Shown here: positions 45,862 to 55,840 of the stretch, in pieces | Position numbering within the stretch: the stretch's first letter is position 1 | How the letters are laid out: every line of letters begins with the position of its first letter | Assembly (NCBI RefSeq): GCF_036677985.1 | Contig: NZ_JAZDST010000012.1 | Coordinates: 86,971 to 150,970, forward strand | Direction of reading: 5' to 3' | DNA from: Chryseobacterium aquaticum | Lineage (GTDB): Bacteria > Bacteroidota > Bacteroidia > Flavobacteriales > Weeksellaceae | Length of the DNA: 64,000 bases | Position numbers and translations under genes: made by a program | Notes under the pieces: model-generated | Told to the model about the DNA's origin: nothing | Databases searched by the model: none | The model's input: only the letters and a program-made list of their open reading frames with translations

Positions 45862-48800
45862 GTTTATTATCGTGTTGATAAGGTTCTGTTTGTTCTGTTA
45901 AAGGATTTTCTTCTTCATATTTTGCCAATCGGGATTTGTCGGCAATTGTTCCGAAAATGTAATATAATCCCGGAATGATCAATAGTCCGAAAACAGTTCC
46001 GATAAGCATTCCTCCCGCTGCTGCTGTACCAATCGTTCGGTTACCAATTGCACCGGGTCCTGTTGCCATTACCAAAGGAATTAAACCTGCAATAAATGCA
46101 AATGAGGTCATCAGAATAGGACGGAAACGAATTGCCGCTCCTTCAATTGCAGCTTTTGCTACTGGAATTCCTTCTTCTGCTTTCTTCTGCACAGCAAATT
46201 CAATGATCAATACTGCATTTTTACCTAAAAGTCCGATCAGCATAACCATGGCAACCTGCGCGTAAATATTGTTTTCCAATCCTAATAATTTCAGACATAA
46301 AAAGGCTCCGAAAATACCTGTAGGTAAAGAAAGTATCACCGGTAAAGGAAGAATAAAGCTTTCATACTGAGCCGAAAGAATTAAATAAACAAATCCTAAA
46401 CAGATCAGGAAAATATAAACTGCTTCATTACCACGACCAACTTCATCTTTAGAAATCCCCGCCCAATCGATTCCGAAACCTCTTGGTAATGTTTTATCGG
46501 CAACTTCCTGAATGGCTTTAATTGCCTGTCCTGAACTGTAACCCAGCGCAGGAGTTCCGCTTACTTCAGAAGAATTGTACATATTATGTCTTGTAATCTC
46601 AGAAAGACCATATACTTTTTCCAAATGCATAAAATCTGAATACGGAACCATCTGATCCTTATTGTTTTTCACATATAATTTCAACAAATCACTCGGCAAA
46701 GCACGATATTGTGGACCTGCCTGTACAATCACTTTATAAGGTCTGTCGAAACGGATGAAACTGGTTTCGTAGTTAGAACCAATTAATGTAGAAAGATTAT
46801 CCATCGCTTTCTCGATACTCACTCCTTTTTGTTCGGCTAAATCATTATCGATTTTAAGCATATATTGAGGAAAACTCGCAGAATAGAAAGTAAATGCAGA
46901 ACCTAATTCCGGACGTTTTTTCAGTTCTTTCACAAAATCAGTACTCACCTGTTCCATCTTCTGATAATCTCCGCTTCCGGCTTTATCCAAAAGTCTTAAT
47001 TCAAATCCACCCGCTGCACCATAACCAGGAATGGATGGCGGCTGGAAAAATTCAATATTTGCACCCGGAATATTTTTGGCTTTTTCTTCGAGCTTTTCAA
47101 TAATTTCTGCAGCGGATTCTGAGCGGTCTTCCCAACTTTTAAGATTAATCAAACACGTTCCTGAGTTTGAACCTGTACCTTCAGTCAAAATCTCGTAACC
47201 TGCCAAAGATGAAACCGACTGTACCCCGTCAATATCTTCAGATTCTTTTAATAATTCTCTGGCAATCTGATTAGTACGTTCTAATGTAGAACCGGGAGGA
47301 GTCTGAATAATGGCATAAATCATCCCCTGATCTTCACCTGGGATAAATCCTGAAGGAAGTGAGTTGCTTAAGAAATAGGTACTTGCACAGAAAATTAACA
47401 GCAACGGAAGGGTAATGAATTTTTTAGTTACTGTTTTATTCAGCAATTTCTCATATTTTCCCGCTCCTTTGGTAAATACATTATTAAATTTATCTAAAAG
47501 AATAGTGATCGGACTTTTCTTTTTAGCTTTTCCGTGATTATTTTTTAGAATTAAAGCACATAAAGCCGGAGTCAAAGTTAATGCAACAACTCCCGAAAGA
47601 ATAATCGATGAAGCCATTGTAATTGAAAACTGACGGTAAAAAACACCAACCGGACCCGACATAAATGCCACTGGAATAAATACCGCTGCCATTACCAAAG
47701 TAATTGCGATAATTGCTCCGCTGATTTCGTGCATCGCTTCTTCAGTAGCTTTCAATGCGGAAAGACCCTTCTCCTCCATTTTGGCATGAACGGCTTCTAT
47801 CACCACAATTGCATCATCGACGACGACACCAATTGCCATGACCAATGCAAAAAGCGAAATCATATTTAAAGTAATTCCGAATGCGGACATCACCGCAAAA
47901 GTTCCAACCAAAGAAACAGGAACTGCAATCGCCGGAATCAACGTAGAACGCCAGTCTCCTAAAAACAAAAACACCACAATAGCCACTAAAATGAATGCTT
48001 CAAACAAAGTATGAATAACTTTTTCAATTGATGCATCCAAAAATTTCGACACATCATAACTGATGTCATAATGCATTCCTTTTGGAAAATTGGTTTTCTC
48101 AAGATCTGCCATTAAGTTTTTTACGTTTTTAATAACGTCACTTGCATTAGATCCGTAAGATTGTTTTACGGTGATCGCAGCAGAAGGTTTTCCGTTTAAT
48201 GTAGAATAAATATCATACATTGAACTGCCAAATTCTATATCGGCGACATCTTTCAGTCTTATAAATTCTCCACCCGATTTAGCTTTAAGAATGATATTTC
48301 CGTAATCCTTCTCATTATTAAAACGACCGGGATATTTTAAAATATACTCGAACGATTGAGAGCGTTTACCAGAACTCTCCCCTGTCTTTCCGGGAGAAGC
48401 TTCTAAACTTTGTTCGTTCAGAGCTTCCATTACTTCATCTGCGGAAATATTATAAGCCGTTAAACGGTCTGGTTTAAGCCAAATACGCATTGCGTATTCT
48501 CTTGTTCCCAAAATATCGGCAAAACCCACTCCACTTACCCTTCTCAATTCAGACATCACATTAATATCTGCATAATTGAAAAGGAATTTCTGATCAGCTT
48601 TAGGATCGTCGCTGTACAGGTTAATGTACATCAACATATTGGGTTCTTCACGGGTAATTTTCACCCCTTCACGCACTACCAAAGGCGGAAGTTTGTTAAC
48701 GGCTGAAGAAACACGGTTCTGCACATTCACTGCAGCAACATTGGGATCTGTTCCCAGATCAAAAACCACCTGAATAGAAGTTTCACCGTCATTTCCGGCA

Positions 48801-49042
48801 TCGGAGGTCATATATTTCATTCCGGGAACACCATTTAATGAGCGTTCCAAAGGAATGACAACTGCTTTTACCAGCAATTCGTTATTAGCTCCGGGATATG
48901 TTGCAGTAATATTTACTTTTGGCGGAGAAATCGATGGAAACTGGGTTACGGGAAGTTTAATTAATGATAAAACTCCCATAAAAACAATAATCAGCGAGAT
49001 TACAATTGACAGTACGGGTCTGCGAATGAATTTTTTAAACAT
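45848..49042 (-). CDS. RND efflux permease (HAE1, AcrB-like)
   Basis: FIRRPVLSIV, VVDDAIVVIE, GLLGKNAVLIIE and RFRPILMTS proton-relay residues. Confidence 0.96.
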   Translation of the reverse strand: MFKKFIRRPVLSIVISLIIVFMGVLSLIKLPVTQFPSISPPKVNITATYPGANNELLVKAVVIPLERSLNGVPGMKYMTSDAGNDGETSIQVVFDLGTDPNVAAVNVQNRVSSAVNKLPPLVVREGVKITREEPNMLMYINLYSDDPKADQKFLFNYADINVMSELRRVSGVGFADILGTREYAMRIWLKPDRLTAYNISADEVMEALNEQSLEASPGKTGESSGKRSQSFEYILKYPGRFNNEKDYGNIILKAKSGGEFIRLKDVADIEFGSSMYDIYSTLNGKPSAAITVKQSYGSNASDVIKNVKNLMADLEKTNFPKGMHYDISYDVSKFLDASIEKVIHTLFEAFILVAIVVFLFLGDWRSTLIPAIAVPVSLVGTFAVMSAFGITLNMISLFALVMAIGVVVDDAIVVIEAVHAKMEEKGLSALKATEEAMHEISGAIIAITLVMAAVFIPVAFMSGPVGVFYRQFSITMASSIILSGVVALTLTPALCALILKNNHGKAKKKSPITILLDKFNNVFTKGAGKYEKLLNKTVTKKFITLPLLLIFCASTYFLSNSLPSGFIPGEDQGMIYAIIQTPPGSTLERTNQIARELLKESEDIDGVQSVSSLAGYEILTEGTGSNSGTCLINLKSWEDRSESAAEIIEKLEEKAKNIPGANIEFFQPPSIPGYGAAGGFELRLLDKAGSGDYQKMEQVSTDFVKELKKRPELGSAFTFYSASFPQYMLKIDNDLAEQKGVSIEKAMDNLSTLIGSNYETSFIRFDRPYKVIVQAGPQYRALPSDLLKLYVKNNKDQMVPYSDFMHLEKVYGLSEITRHNMYNSSEVSGTPALGYSSGQAIKAIQEVADKTLPRGFGIDWAGISKDEVGRGNEAVYIFLICLGFVYLILSAQYESFILPLPVILSLPTGIFGAFLCLKLLGLENNIYAQVAMVMLIGLLGKNAVLIIEFAVQKKAEEGIPVAKAAIEGAAIRFRPILMTSFAFIAGLIPLVMATGPGAIGNRTIGTAAAGGMLIGTVFGLLIIPGLYYIFGTIADKSRLAKYEEENPLTEQTEPYQHDNKHEDL

Positions 49043-49141
49043 AATAATGTTGGATGTTGGATGTTAGATGATGTATAGTTGATCATGTATTGAAAATTTG
49101 ACAATACAATAATTTAATACTCATCTATTATCATTTTATTA

Positions 49142-50227
49142 TTACTCTGCTTTTAATTTTAAAGATTGAAGAACTTTCTTCGGATCTTGGAATTTTACTC
49201 TTACTTTTTGATCGTCTTTCACTTTCTGAACACCATCCAGCAATATTTTTTCGTCCTGAGAAATCCCTGAAGAAACCACATATATGTCTGGAAGTTCGTA
49301 TGCGATCTTAATATTTTTAGATTTTGCAACTCCATTTTTATCAATCACAAAAACATATTTCTGATCCTGAATTTCATAAGTAGCTTTTTGAGGAATAATT
49401 AAAGCGCCTTTAAGTGGCAACGTCATACGAACTTTACCTGTTTCTCCATTTCTCAACAGTTTTTCAGGATTTGGAAACTTCGCTCTGAATGCTATATTTC
49501 CTGTTTCGTTATCAAATTGTCCTTCAATGGTCTGAATTGCACCTTGTTGATTAAACATTTCACCATTTGCCATCATTAAACTTACATTCTGGCTTCCACG
49601 ATCTGCAACATGTGTCTGATAATTTAAATATTCCGGTTCTGATACATTGAAGTAAGTATAGATGTTTGTATTGTCTGAAAGAGTGGTCAAAAGATCTCCT
49701 TCATCTACCAAACTTCCCAATTTCAAAGGAATTCTGTCTATAACTCCTGAAAATGGAGCTTTAATATCTGTAAAAGAAAGATGAATCTGCGCCAGTTTCA
49801 TTTCTGCATTTGCAGCATCTAATTTGGCTTTAGCCATTAATCTTTCATTTTTCGAAACAATGTTATTATTGGCAAGCGTACTTGCATTTTTCAGTTCAAT
49901 GGAAGCCTGCTCTACTTCTGCTCTTGCTTTTAACAGTTCAGCCTGATAAATCTGCGGCATAATTCTAAACAGAGTTTGACCGGCTCTTACATACTGACCT
50001 TCATCTACGTAAATTTTTTCAAGGAAGCCTTTTTCCTGAGCGCGAACTTCGATATTCTTCACAGATTGTATCTGCGCAACAAAATCTTTGTTAATAATGG
50101 TATCCATTTTCAGAGGTGAAGTTACGGGATATACAGAATCTTCCTGTTTTTCTTCTTTTTTCTCGTTACAGCTAAACAGTAGGAGAATTGCGCTTAATAC
50201 AACGCCTGAGACAACTCTTTTCATCAT
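49142..50227 (-). CDS. RND periplasmic adaptor subunit
   Basis: Lipobox LFSC, EVRAQEKGFL, IKAPFSG, LLRNGETG; start re-set to MMKRVV. Confidence 0.93.
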   Translation of the reverse strand: MMKRVVSGVVLSAILLLFSCNEKKEEKQEDSVYPVTSPLKMDTIINKDFVAQIQSVKNIEVRAQEKGFLEKIYVDEGQYVRAGQTLFRIMPQIYQAELLKARAEVEQASIELKNASTLANNNIVSKNERLMAKAKLDAANAEMKLAQIHLSFTDIKAPFSGVIDRIPLKLGSLVDEGDLLTTLSDNTNIYTYFNVSEPEYLNYQTHVADRGSQNVSLMMANGEMFNQQGAIQTIEGQFDNETGNIAFRAKFPNPEKLLRNGETGKVRMTLPLKGALIIPQKATYEIQDQKYVFVIDKNGVAKSKNIKIAYELPDIYVVSSGISQDEKILLDGVQKVKDDQKVRVKFQDPKKVLQSLKLKAE

Positions 50228-50368
50228 AATTTTAGAGTGGTATAAATCGTTAAAATTTTTATTTGAATTAAATAGTTCTTGGAATTTTACCTTGTGAATC
50301 AAAATAAGCACAAAGCAAAGCTTTCGTTCCTGTTTTGGAACAAAGAAATATTATCGGAAAATTAAATT

Positions 50369-50758
50369 TTAAATTCTGATAGAACGGATCAGAATAAATG
50401 TTTTTACAGAATGAATGTACTGTAAAAAATGGTTGATTAAAGGCTTAAGTCTCTTTTTGAACAGTAATCCAAAAGAAAAAATTAAACCAAATACGCTGGC
50501 AAAAGCGATAATTGCCTGAAACGTATCCGAGAGCTGAAAATCTTCTTCAGCTACATCAAATGAAACGCTGTCTGTGCGATCCACAGATTGCTGCGAAGAA
50601 AATTTTTGTGCAGAATGAGTAGCCTGCTCTACTTTTTCGGGGTAATTGTGAGAGATATGACCAGAAAAATCATTGTATATAGTTTTTACATTAAGCTTGC
50701 TTTCCACTACAAATAGCAGAAAAAGAGCAGTCAAAAAGTAAACGATATAATTTCTCAT
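50369..50758 (-). CDS. Small hypothetical membrane protein leading the RND operon
   Basis: Two hydrophobic segments; TACATTTG element at 50768-50775. Confidence 0.6.
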   Translation of the reverse strand: MRNYIVYFLTALFLLFVVESKLNVKTIYNDFSGHISHNYPEKVEQATHSAQKFSSQQSVDRTDSVSFDVAEEDFQLSDTFQAIIAFASVFGLIFSFGLLFKKRLKPLINHFLQYIHSVKTFILIRSIRI

Positions 50759-51006
50759 TTCAAGTTGCAAATGTAAGCTGAGATTTCAATAGATAATTCA
50801 ATGTTAACAAAGTTTAACGCATCTTTAAAAAATCTGAAAACTGAATGACAGAAAGATAAAATTACATTTAAGTTAAAAAAATAACCTAATTATACAATGC
50901 AAAATATTTAAATTATTACAATTTAACATATTTTAAAGAAAAATAATTGTAATTTTGCATCACCACATCAATATTAAATGGAAACTCTTAAAATTCACAA
51001 TAACAA

Positions 51007-51384
51007 ATGAAAAAATCTCTATTAGGATTATTTGTAATCCTCGCTATTTCAGCATGTAAGCATTCCGGAAAAGATCCCGATGTAGCAGTTATTAATACCG
51101 AAACTACATCAAAAGATGACATCAGCAAAGAAACTATTTCTGACAGCTACGGTGACGAAATGGAAATTGTAACCAATAAAACTAAAGAAATTGTAACTGT
51201 ACATCTTAACGGAAAGACATACGAACTTAAGAAAAATAAAACAACATCTGGTTTTTCAACTGCAGACAGTAAATATTTGTATACTGAGACAAAAAATGAA
51301 GTAACCTTTCTAAAAAAAGATGCAGATATGGTTTTATTTCATGGTAAAAGAAAACAAGCCGAGACTAAAATTGCTTCACAATAA
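51007..51384 (+). CDS. Hypothetical lipoprotein
   Basis: Lipobox ISAC. Confidence 0.7.
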   Translation: MKKSLLGLFVILAISACKHSGKDPDVAVINTETTSKDDISKETISDSYGDEMEIVTNKTKEIVTVHLNGKTYELKKNKTTSGFSTADSKYLYTETKNEVTFLKKDADMVLFHGKRKQAETKIASQ

Positions 51385-51399
51385 GAAAAGGACGCTTGT

Positions 51400-52446
51400 T
51401 TAAGCGTCTTTTTTGTTAAATCGATCTAATGAAATTTCTTCTGGCAAATCTATATTATTTTCTATAAAATCGTACAAACTTTTTGAGAAATAACAACCGT
51501 TAAGAATACCTCTTGCTCCAAGACCATTAAAAACATATAGATTTTTGTGTTGCGGATGCCTTCCTAAAATTGGTCGACGATCTTTTACAGTAGGTCTGAA
51601 GCCAAAATGAATTTCTTTCACATCAAAACTATTTTGGTAAAACTCTAATAGACCGTTTTTTAGCTGTTCTACAGCAGAATCATCAATATTTTCATGTATT
51701 TGTTCCCTATCGTATGTACCTCCGTAAAAATAGAGATTATCTTTTAAAGGAAATAAAAAATGCTTTTTCTTTATCGTTATATCTTCCGGTATTGGCTGAG
51801 AGAGTTTGACTCTGATATGATGTCCTTTATTAGGAATTACCTGAATATCTGAAAAATAAGGATTGTTCTTAACATTCATTCCTTCACAAAAAATAATATT
51901 TTTGAATCTGAAATTTCCATATGTAGAATCTGAGACGCTTAATTTATCATAATCAAATTTTTCTTTGATGAGTTGAGAATTATCCTCATGATACTTTAAT
52001 AGATCATCAAAAAAACCTTGAACGTTTAGTCTTGCCGACTGTTCTACCATTCCGGTATTAAAATCATTTTTAACAACTTCAAGATGCTTAAAGTCTTCAT
52101 TTAAAAAAGGTAAGAGTTCTTCTGTTTTTGATTTTTTCAACCATAATTTTTGTTCATTTTCATCATGGAAAATTCTGTGAATAGAAGCATTAATTAAATA
52201 ATTTTCACCTGTATAATTTTCAATTTCATTGAGAGAAGTTCTAAGAAAATCTAACTGTTCTTGAGCTAACCAAAAAGTAGTAAACTTTTTAAGAACTACA
52301 GGATTTATAATTCCTGCGGAAATTTGGGATGCACTCTTTTTTCCTTCAGAAAAAATAACAAATGACTTTTTATTTTTAGTCAGTTGATGAGCGAAAAATA
52401 AGGCAGCATAACCATCACCAACAATAATATAATCTACATTTTTCAT
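51400..52446 (-). CDS. FAD-dependent oxidoreductase (DAO-like)
   Basis: IIVGDGYAAL, SASQISAG, FRPTVKDRRP, NGLGARG. Confidence 0.85.
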   Translation of the reverse strand: MKNVDYIIVGDGYAALFFAHQLTKNKKSFVIFSEGKKSASQISAGIINPVVLKKFTTFWLAQEQLDFLRTSLNEIENYTGENYLINASIHRIFHDENEQKLWLKKSKTEELLPFLNEDFKHLEVVKNDFNTGMVEQSARLNVQGFFDDLLKYHEDNSQLIKEKFDYDKLSVSDSTYGNFRFKNIIFCEGMNVKNNPYFSDIQVIPNKGHHIRVKLSQPIPEDITIKKKHFLFPLKDNLYFYGGTYDREQIHENIDDSAVEQLKNGLLEFYQNSFDVKEIHFGFRPTVKDRRPILGRHPQHKNLYVFNGLGARGILNGCYFSKSLYDFIENNIDLPEEISLDRFNKKDA

Positions 52447-52450
52447 AATA

Positions 52451-52482
52451 AAAAAACCTGAGTAAAAGTACTCAGGTTTTTT
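52451..52482 (-). terminator. Terminator after gldN
   Basis: AAAAAACCTGAGTA-AAAG-TACTCAGGTTTTTT. Confidence 0.85.
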
Positions 52483-52500
52483 ATAAATATCAAGTGAAAT

Positions 52501-53439
52501 TTAGTAATTCCACATATCATTCTCCATTTGAAGAATTTGTTCTTTGATTTTGTCGCTTTCTTCTAATTGCTCTTCAGCATTTCTAGGGATATAGTCTTTA
52601 ATAACACCATCACCTAAACCATTTGAAGACTTATAGATTACAGAAGAAAATCTTCTGGCATTGATTATATCATCAAAAGATAAATCTGCAGATGAATTTT
52701 TTCTATTGAAAACATAATTGTTTGCCAATATCTCTCTTGCTTTTGGATAGTAAACCCAGAATAGATCGATTAGTTCATCTTTTCCTGCAATAGGTTGTCC
52801 ATTAGCATCATAAACACCTTGAACAGCAGGATCTGGTCCCATTGCAGCAATACCAAGAGGTCTATATTTCATCTGACCATCTCTTTTATCAATAAACCAC
52901 ATTCCCATAATCTTAAGAACTTTAACTTTTTCAGTTGTAGTTTTAAAAATATCTGTATACTCCTTTTTCTCTTGCTCTGTGAGTTGTCTTCCAGAATTAA
53001 GTATATCAATAGCTGCATTATCAATTACAACTTTCTCCAATCTACTCTTAATTGCTTCGGGAGTTAATTTAACAGAAAAGTTTTCATCATCATAAACCTC
53101 TTCTATTTTGCCTTCTAAAGCGGCATCTAAAAGAATTTGATATAAAGATCTAGTAGTTTTCGATAATAAACCATCTGGATTATCGTAATAAAATGGTTGA
53201 TTAATCTTATCATTAAGATCAATAATTTCCCATACCATCATACTTTTTAATATGTCCTTATCATCTACAAAGCCATACTCAAGTGGTTTTACCTTATTAC
53301 TAATAACAGTATCTCCCACTTTTCTCATATTCTCAGCTCTCATTTGTCTGAACTCTTCCGGAGAAGAAGCATTTAGTATGCTTTGGGAAAATACAAACCC
53401 AGAAGCCAACACTAAAAGACTGCTAATATATTTTTTCAT
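52501..53439 (-). CDS. gldN: T9SS protein GldN
   Basis: MVWEIIDLNDKINQPFYY, WFIDKR, LFWVYYP, RRFSSVIYK; operon position. Confidence 0.93.
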   Translation of the reverse strand: MKKYISSLLVLASGFVFSQSILNASSPEEFRQMRAENMRKVGDTVISNKVKPLEYGFVDDKDILKSMMVWEIIDLNDKINQPFYYDNPDGLLSKTTRSLYQILLDAALEGKIEEVYDDENFSVKLTPEAIKSRLEKVVIDNAAIDILNSGRQLTEQEKKEYTDIFKTTTEKVKVLKIMGMWFIDKRDGQMKYRPLGIAAMGPDPAVQGVYDANGQPIAGKDELIDLFWVYYPKAREILANNYVFNRKNSSADLSFDDIINARRFSSVIYKSSNGLGDGVIKDYIPRNAEEQLEESDKIKEQILQMENDMWNY

Positions 53440-53457
53440 AATAATTGCTATTTAATC

Positions 53458-55050
53458 TTATGGAACATTAATAATAATAGGAGAGATTCTCTTAATCTCC
53501 TGACCTTCTAATCCTGTAGCTGTGGCTTTAATTTCAATAATTGAAACAATATCACCAGGTCTAACATTTTTCAAAAGTCCTGCTGCTGGTTCTAATGAAT
53601 TACCTTTAACTAACATTGCTGCACGTCCCGGAACTCTAACCATAAATTGTGTCACATTAAATGAAACCGGAAAATCAAAATCAGGAATTGCTGCTTGAAC
53701 ACTTTGATTTTGAATCGAAGTAGCTGGCATTGTCAATACATTTTGTCCTCTCATTTGACCTTGAGGTGGAGGTACATTTTTAATTCTGTATTCAAATACT
53801 TGAGATACCCTCTTCCCAGTAGGATCCGTTCCTGATAAAGTTAAATTAACAGTATTTCCTGCCATAGGCTTAACAATCCATTTTCCTTTTCCTGTATTAG
53901 TAACAGAAGCTCCAGAAGCAGATAAAGATAATTTGGCATTATCAGCACCTAATATAGAGCCAGTCACTGGATTTGGTAATCCCCTATACATTACATTCAT
54001 TTTATCAGCAGAAAGTAATAAACCTTGTTCAAGTTTTACTTGTTGAGGACCTGCAATTACATTATATGTATGCGTGAAAGGGAATTGTTGAGCTTTACCT
54101 GAAGCATCGGTTAAGGTAATTACACCACCAATCTTTCTCTCACCAAGACCTCCTGTATTTAAAGGAAGATAACCTTTACCATTTTCCTGTCTGCTAACAC
54201 CACTGATGCTGATTTTATTACTGTTAGAATAAGTTCCTAACATTATAACAGCTTCAGCTTTTTTACCAGACTGAATATCTGAAGGTGCAGAAACAATAGC
54301 TTCGTACTGATTAAACTTAATGCTTGCATCTACTTTTTCCTGAAGCATTAAAGCTAATGCATCAGACTGTACATTTCTTGCATCATTCTGAATAATTTCT
54401 AAATTTGAAACAGCAGCAATAAGCGGCTGGTTGTAGAATTTATTCTGAAACCAAGTTTTTCCATTTGGAGACTTTCCGTTAGGATATTCTGCAGTTAATG
54501 ATGTGTTTGCTCTTTCAACCAACTTTAACAACTGAGGGTTGTTTCCAAAAGTAGAAGCAATATAAGATCTTACATCATCCATTTTCTTCTTCAACTCAAG
54601 TGCGTTTGCAGATGGCTTGTTTTCATCACCGTCTTTAAAAAAATAGGCAATTGTAGCTTCATTATTATTAAGCGCAGAAAAATTCTCGCTTACTTCCATG
54701 TCCTTTCCAGTCTTTGGATCTTTATCTATAAACTCAGAATCTTTCTTAAGTTTAATTTTAATTTTCTCAGCCGCATCTACTAAAACATCAAGTTTTGTTT
54801 TTAAAACTTTATATTGCTCCCAAGGCTGTGCATAAGTATCTGGAACTTGCTGAGCTTTGGCTTCTAAAGTTTTCTCAAAAATCTGTTCATTTTTTTGCTC
54901 TGTCAAAAACCTTGTTTCTTTAAGAGCTCTTGTAGAATCATAATATGATCTGATGATTTCAACATCAATGTTTAGGGCCATCATTGCGATGAACACCAAA
55001 TACATTAGGTTGATCATCTTCTGACGTGGAGTCTGTTTTCCTTTTGCCAT
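53458..55050 (-). CDS. gldM: T9SS motor protein GldM
   Basis: MAKGKQTPRQKMINLMYLVFIAMMALN, LSADKMNVMYRG. Confidence 0.96.
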   Translation of the reverse strand: MAKGKQTPRQKMINLMYLVFIAMMALNIDVEIIRSYYDSTRALKETRFLTEQKNEQIFEKTLEAKAQQVPDTYAQPWEQYKVLKTKLDVLVDAAEKIKIKLKKDSEFIDKDPKTGKDMEVSENFSALNNNEATIAYFFKDGDENKPSANALELKKKMDDVRSYIASTFGNNPQLLKLVERANTSLTAEYPNGKSPNGKTWFQNKFYNQPLIAAVSNLEIIQNDARNVQSDALALMLQEKVDASIKFNQYEAIVSAPSDIQSGKKAEAVIMLGTYSNSNKISISGVSRQENGKGYLPLNTGGLGERKIGGVITLTDASGKAQQFPFTHTYNVIAGPQQVKLEQGLLLSADKMNVMYRGLPNPVTGSILGADNAKLSLSASGASVTNTGKGKWIVKPMAGNTVNLTLSGTDPTGKRVSQVFEYRIKNVPPPQGQMRGQNVLTMPATSIQNQSVQAAIPDFDFPVSFNVTQFMVRVPGRAAMLVKGNSLEPAAGLLKNVRPGDIVSIIEIKATATGLEGQEIKRISPIIINVP

Positions 55051-55089
55051 TATCTTTCTTTAGTTTTTTATTAAATTAATGGTTAAGGA

Positions 55090-55782
55090 TTACGACTTCA
55101 TTGCAGTTAACATACCACCATAAACTCTGTTTAAGCTGTTTAAGTTTGATGTTAAACCTAATAATTCTTGATTAAACTTCTCTGACTGTTCAGCAGATTT
55201 TTGCATATCTTCTACATACTTTTTAGCAAATTCTGATTGTCTCTGACCACTTTCTAATTGCATTGCATATAGTGCGTTCATGCTTTCCATATGCTGAGCA
55301 GCTTTATTTAATTGATCATTATATTTATGAGTAGAAGCAGAAACGTCAACAGTTTGGTTGATCTGATCTACAGAGCTTGAAAATTTATCAATACCAGTTC
55401 TTAATCTATCGAATAACTGAACATCTAATTTTGCATCCTGAAGCATTTTATCTAATTTTCCAGACAAAGAATTTTCCAATTCAGCAAAGTGATCAGTTGT
55501 ATTTTTAGCTGAAATATTTGAGTGTAGTGGGTTTGGGTTTGCATGCTTATCTAAAAGTTCAGGATAAACATTTTCCCAATGATAAGACTCTTCAGCTGCA
55601 GGAGGGTCAAACGCGAAAATAATAAAGATAATAGCCTCTGTAACAAGCCCTACTGTAAGTGCGATGTTACCATTAATTGGCCCCAAAGTAATGTGAGTAA
55701 TTTTAAGCCAAGCTCCAAGAATTACAATTGCAGCACCGAATGAATAAAAGAAGTTCATCCACGCATCTTTAGTCTTAAACAT
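55090..55782 (-). CDS. gldL: T9SS motor protein GldL
   Basis: YSFGAAIVILGAWLKITH, TEAIIF (conserved Glu), WENVYPEL, VYGGMLTAM. Confidence 0.96.
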   Translation of the reverse strand: MFKTKDAWMNFFYSFGAAIVILGAWLKITHITLGPINGNIALTVGLVTEAIIFIIFAFDPPAAEESYHWENVYPELLDKHANPNPLHSNISAKNTTDHFAELENSLSGKLDKMLQDAKLDVQLFDRLRTGIDKFSSSVDQINQTVDVSASTHKYNDQLNKAAQHMESMNALYAMQLESGQRQSEFAKKYVEDMQKSAEQSEKFNQELLGLTSNLNSLNRVYGGMLTAMKS

Positions 55783-55840
55783 ATAAGTTAGTTTTTTTTA
55801 ATGTTAAATAAATTGTTTCAAAAAATAGTTTAATTGAATG

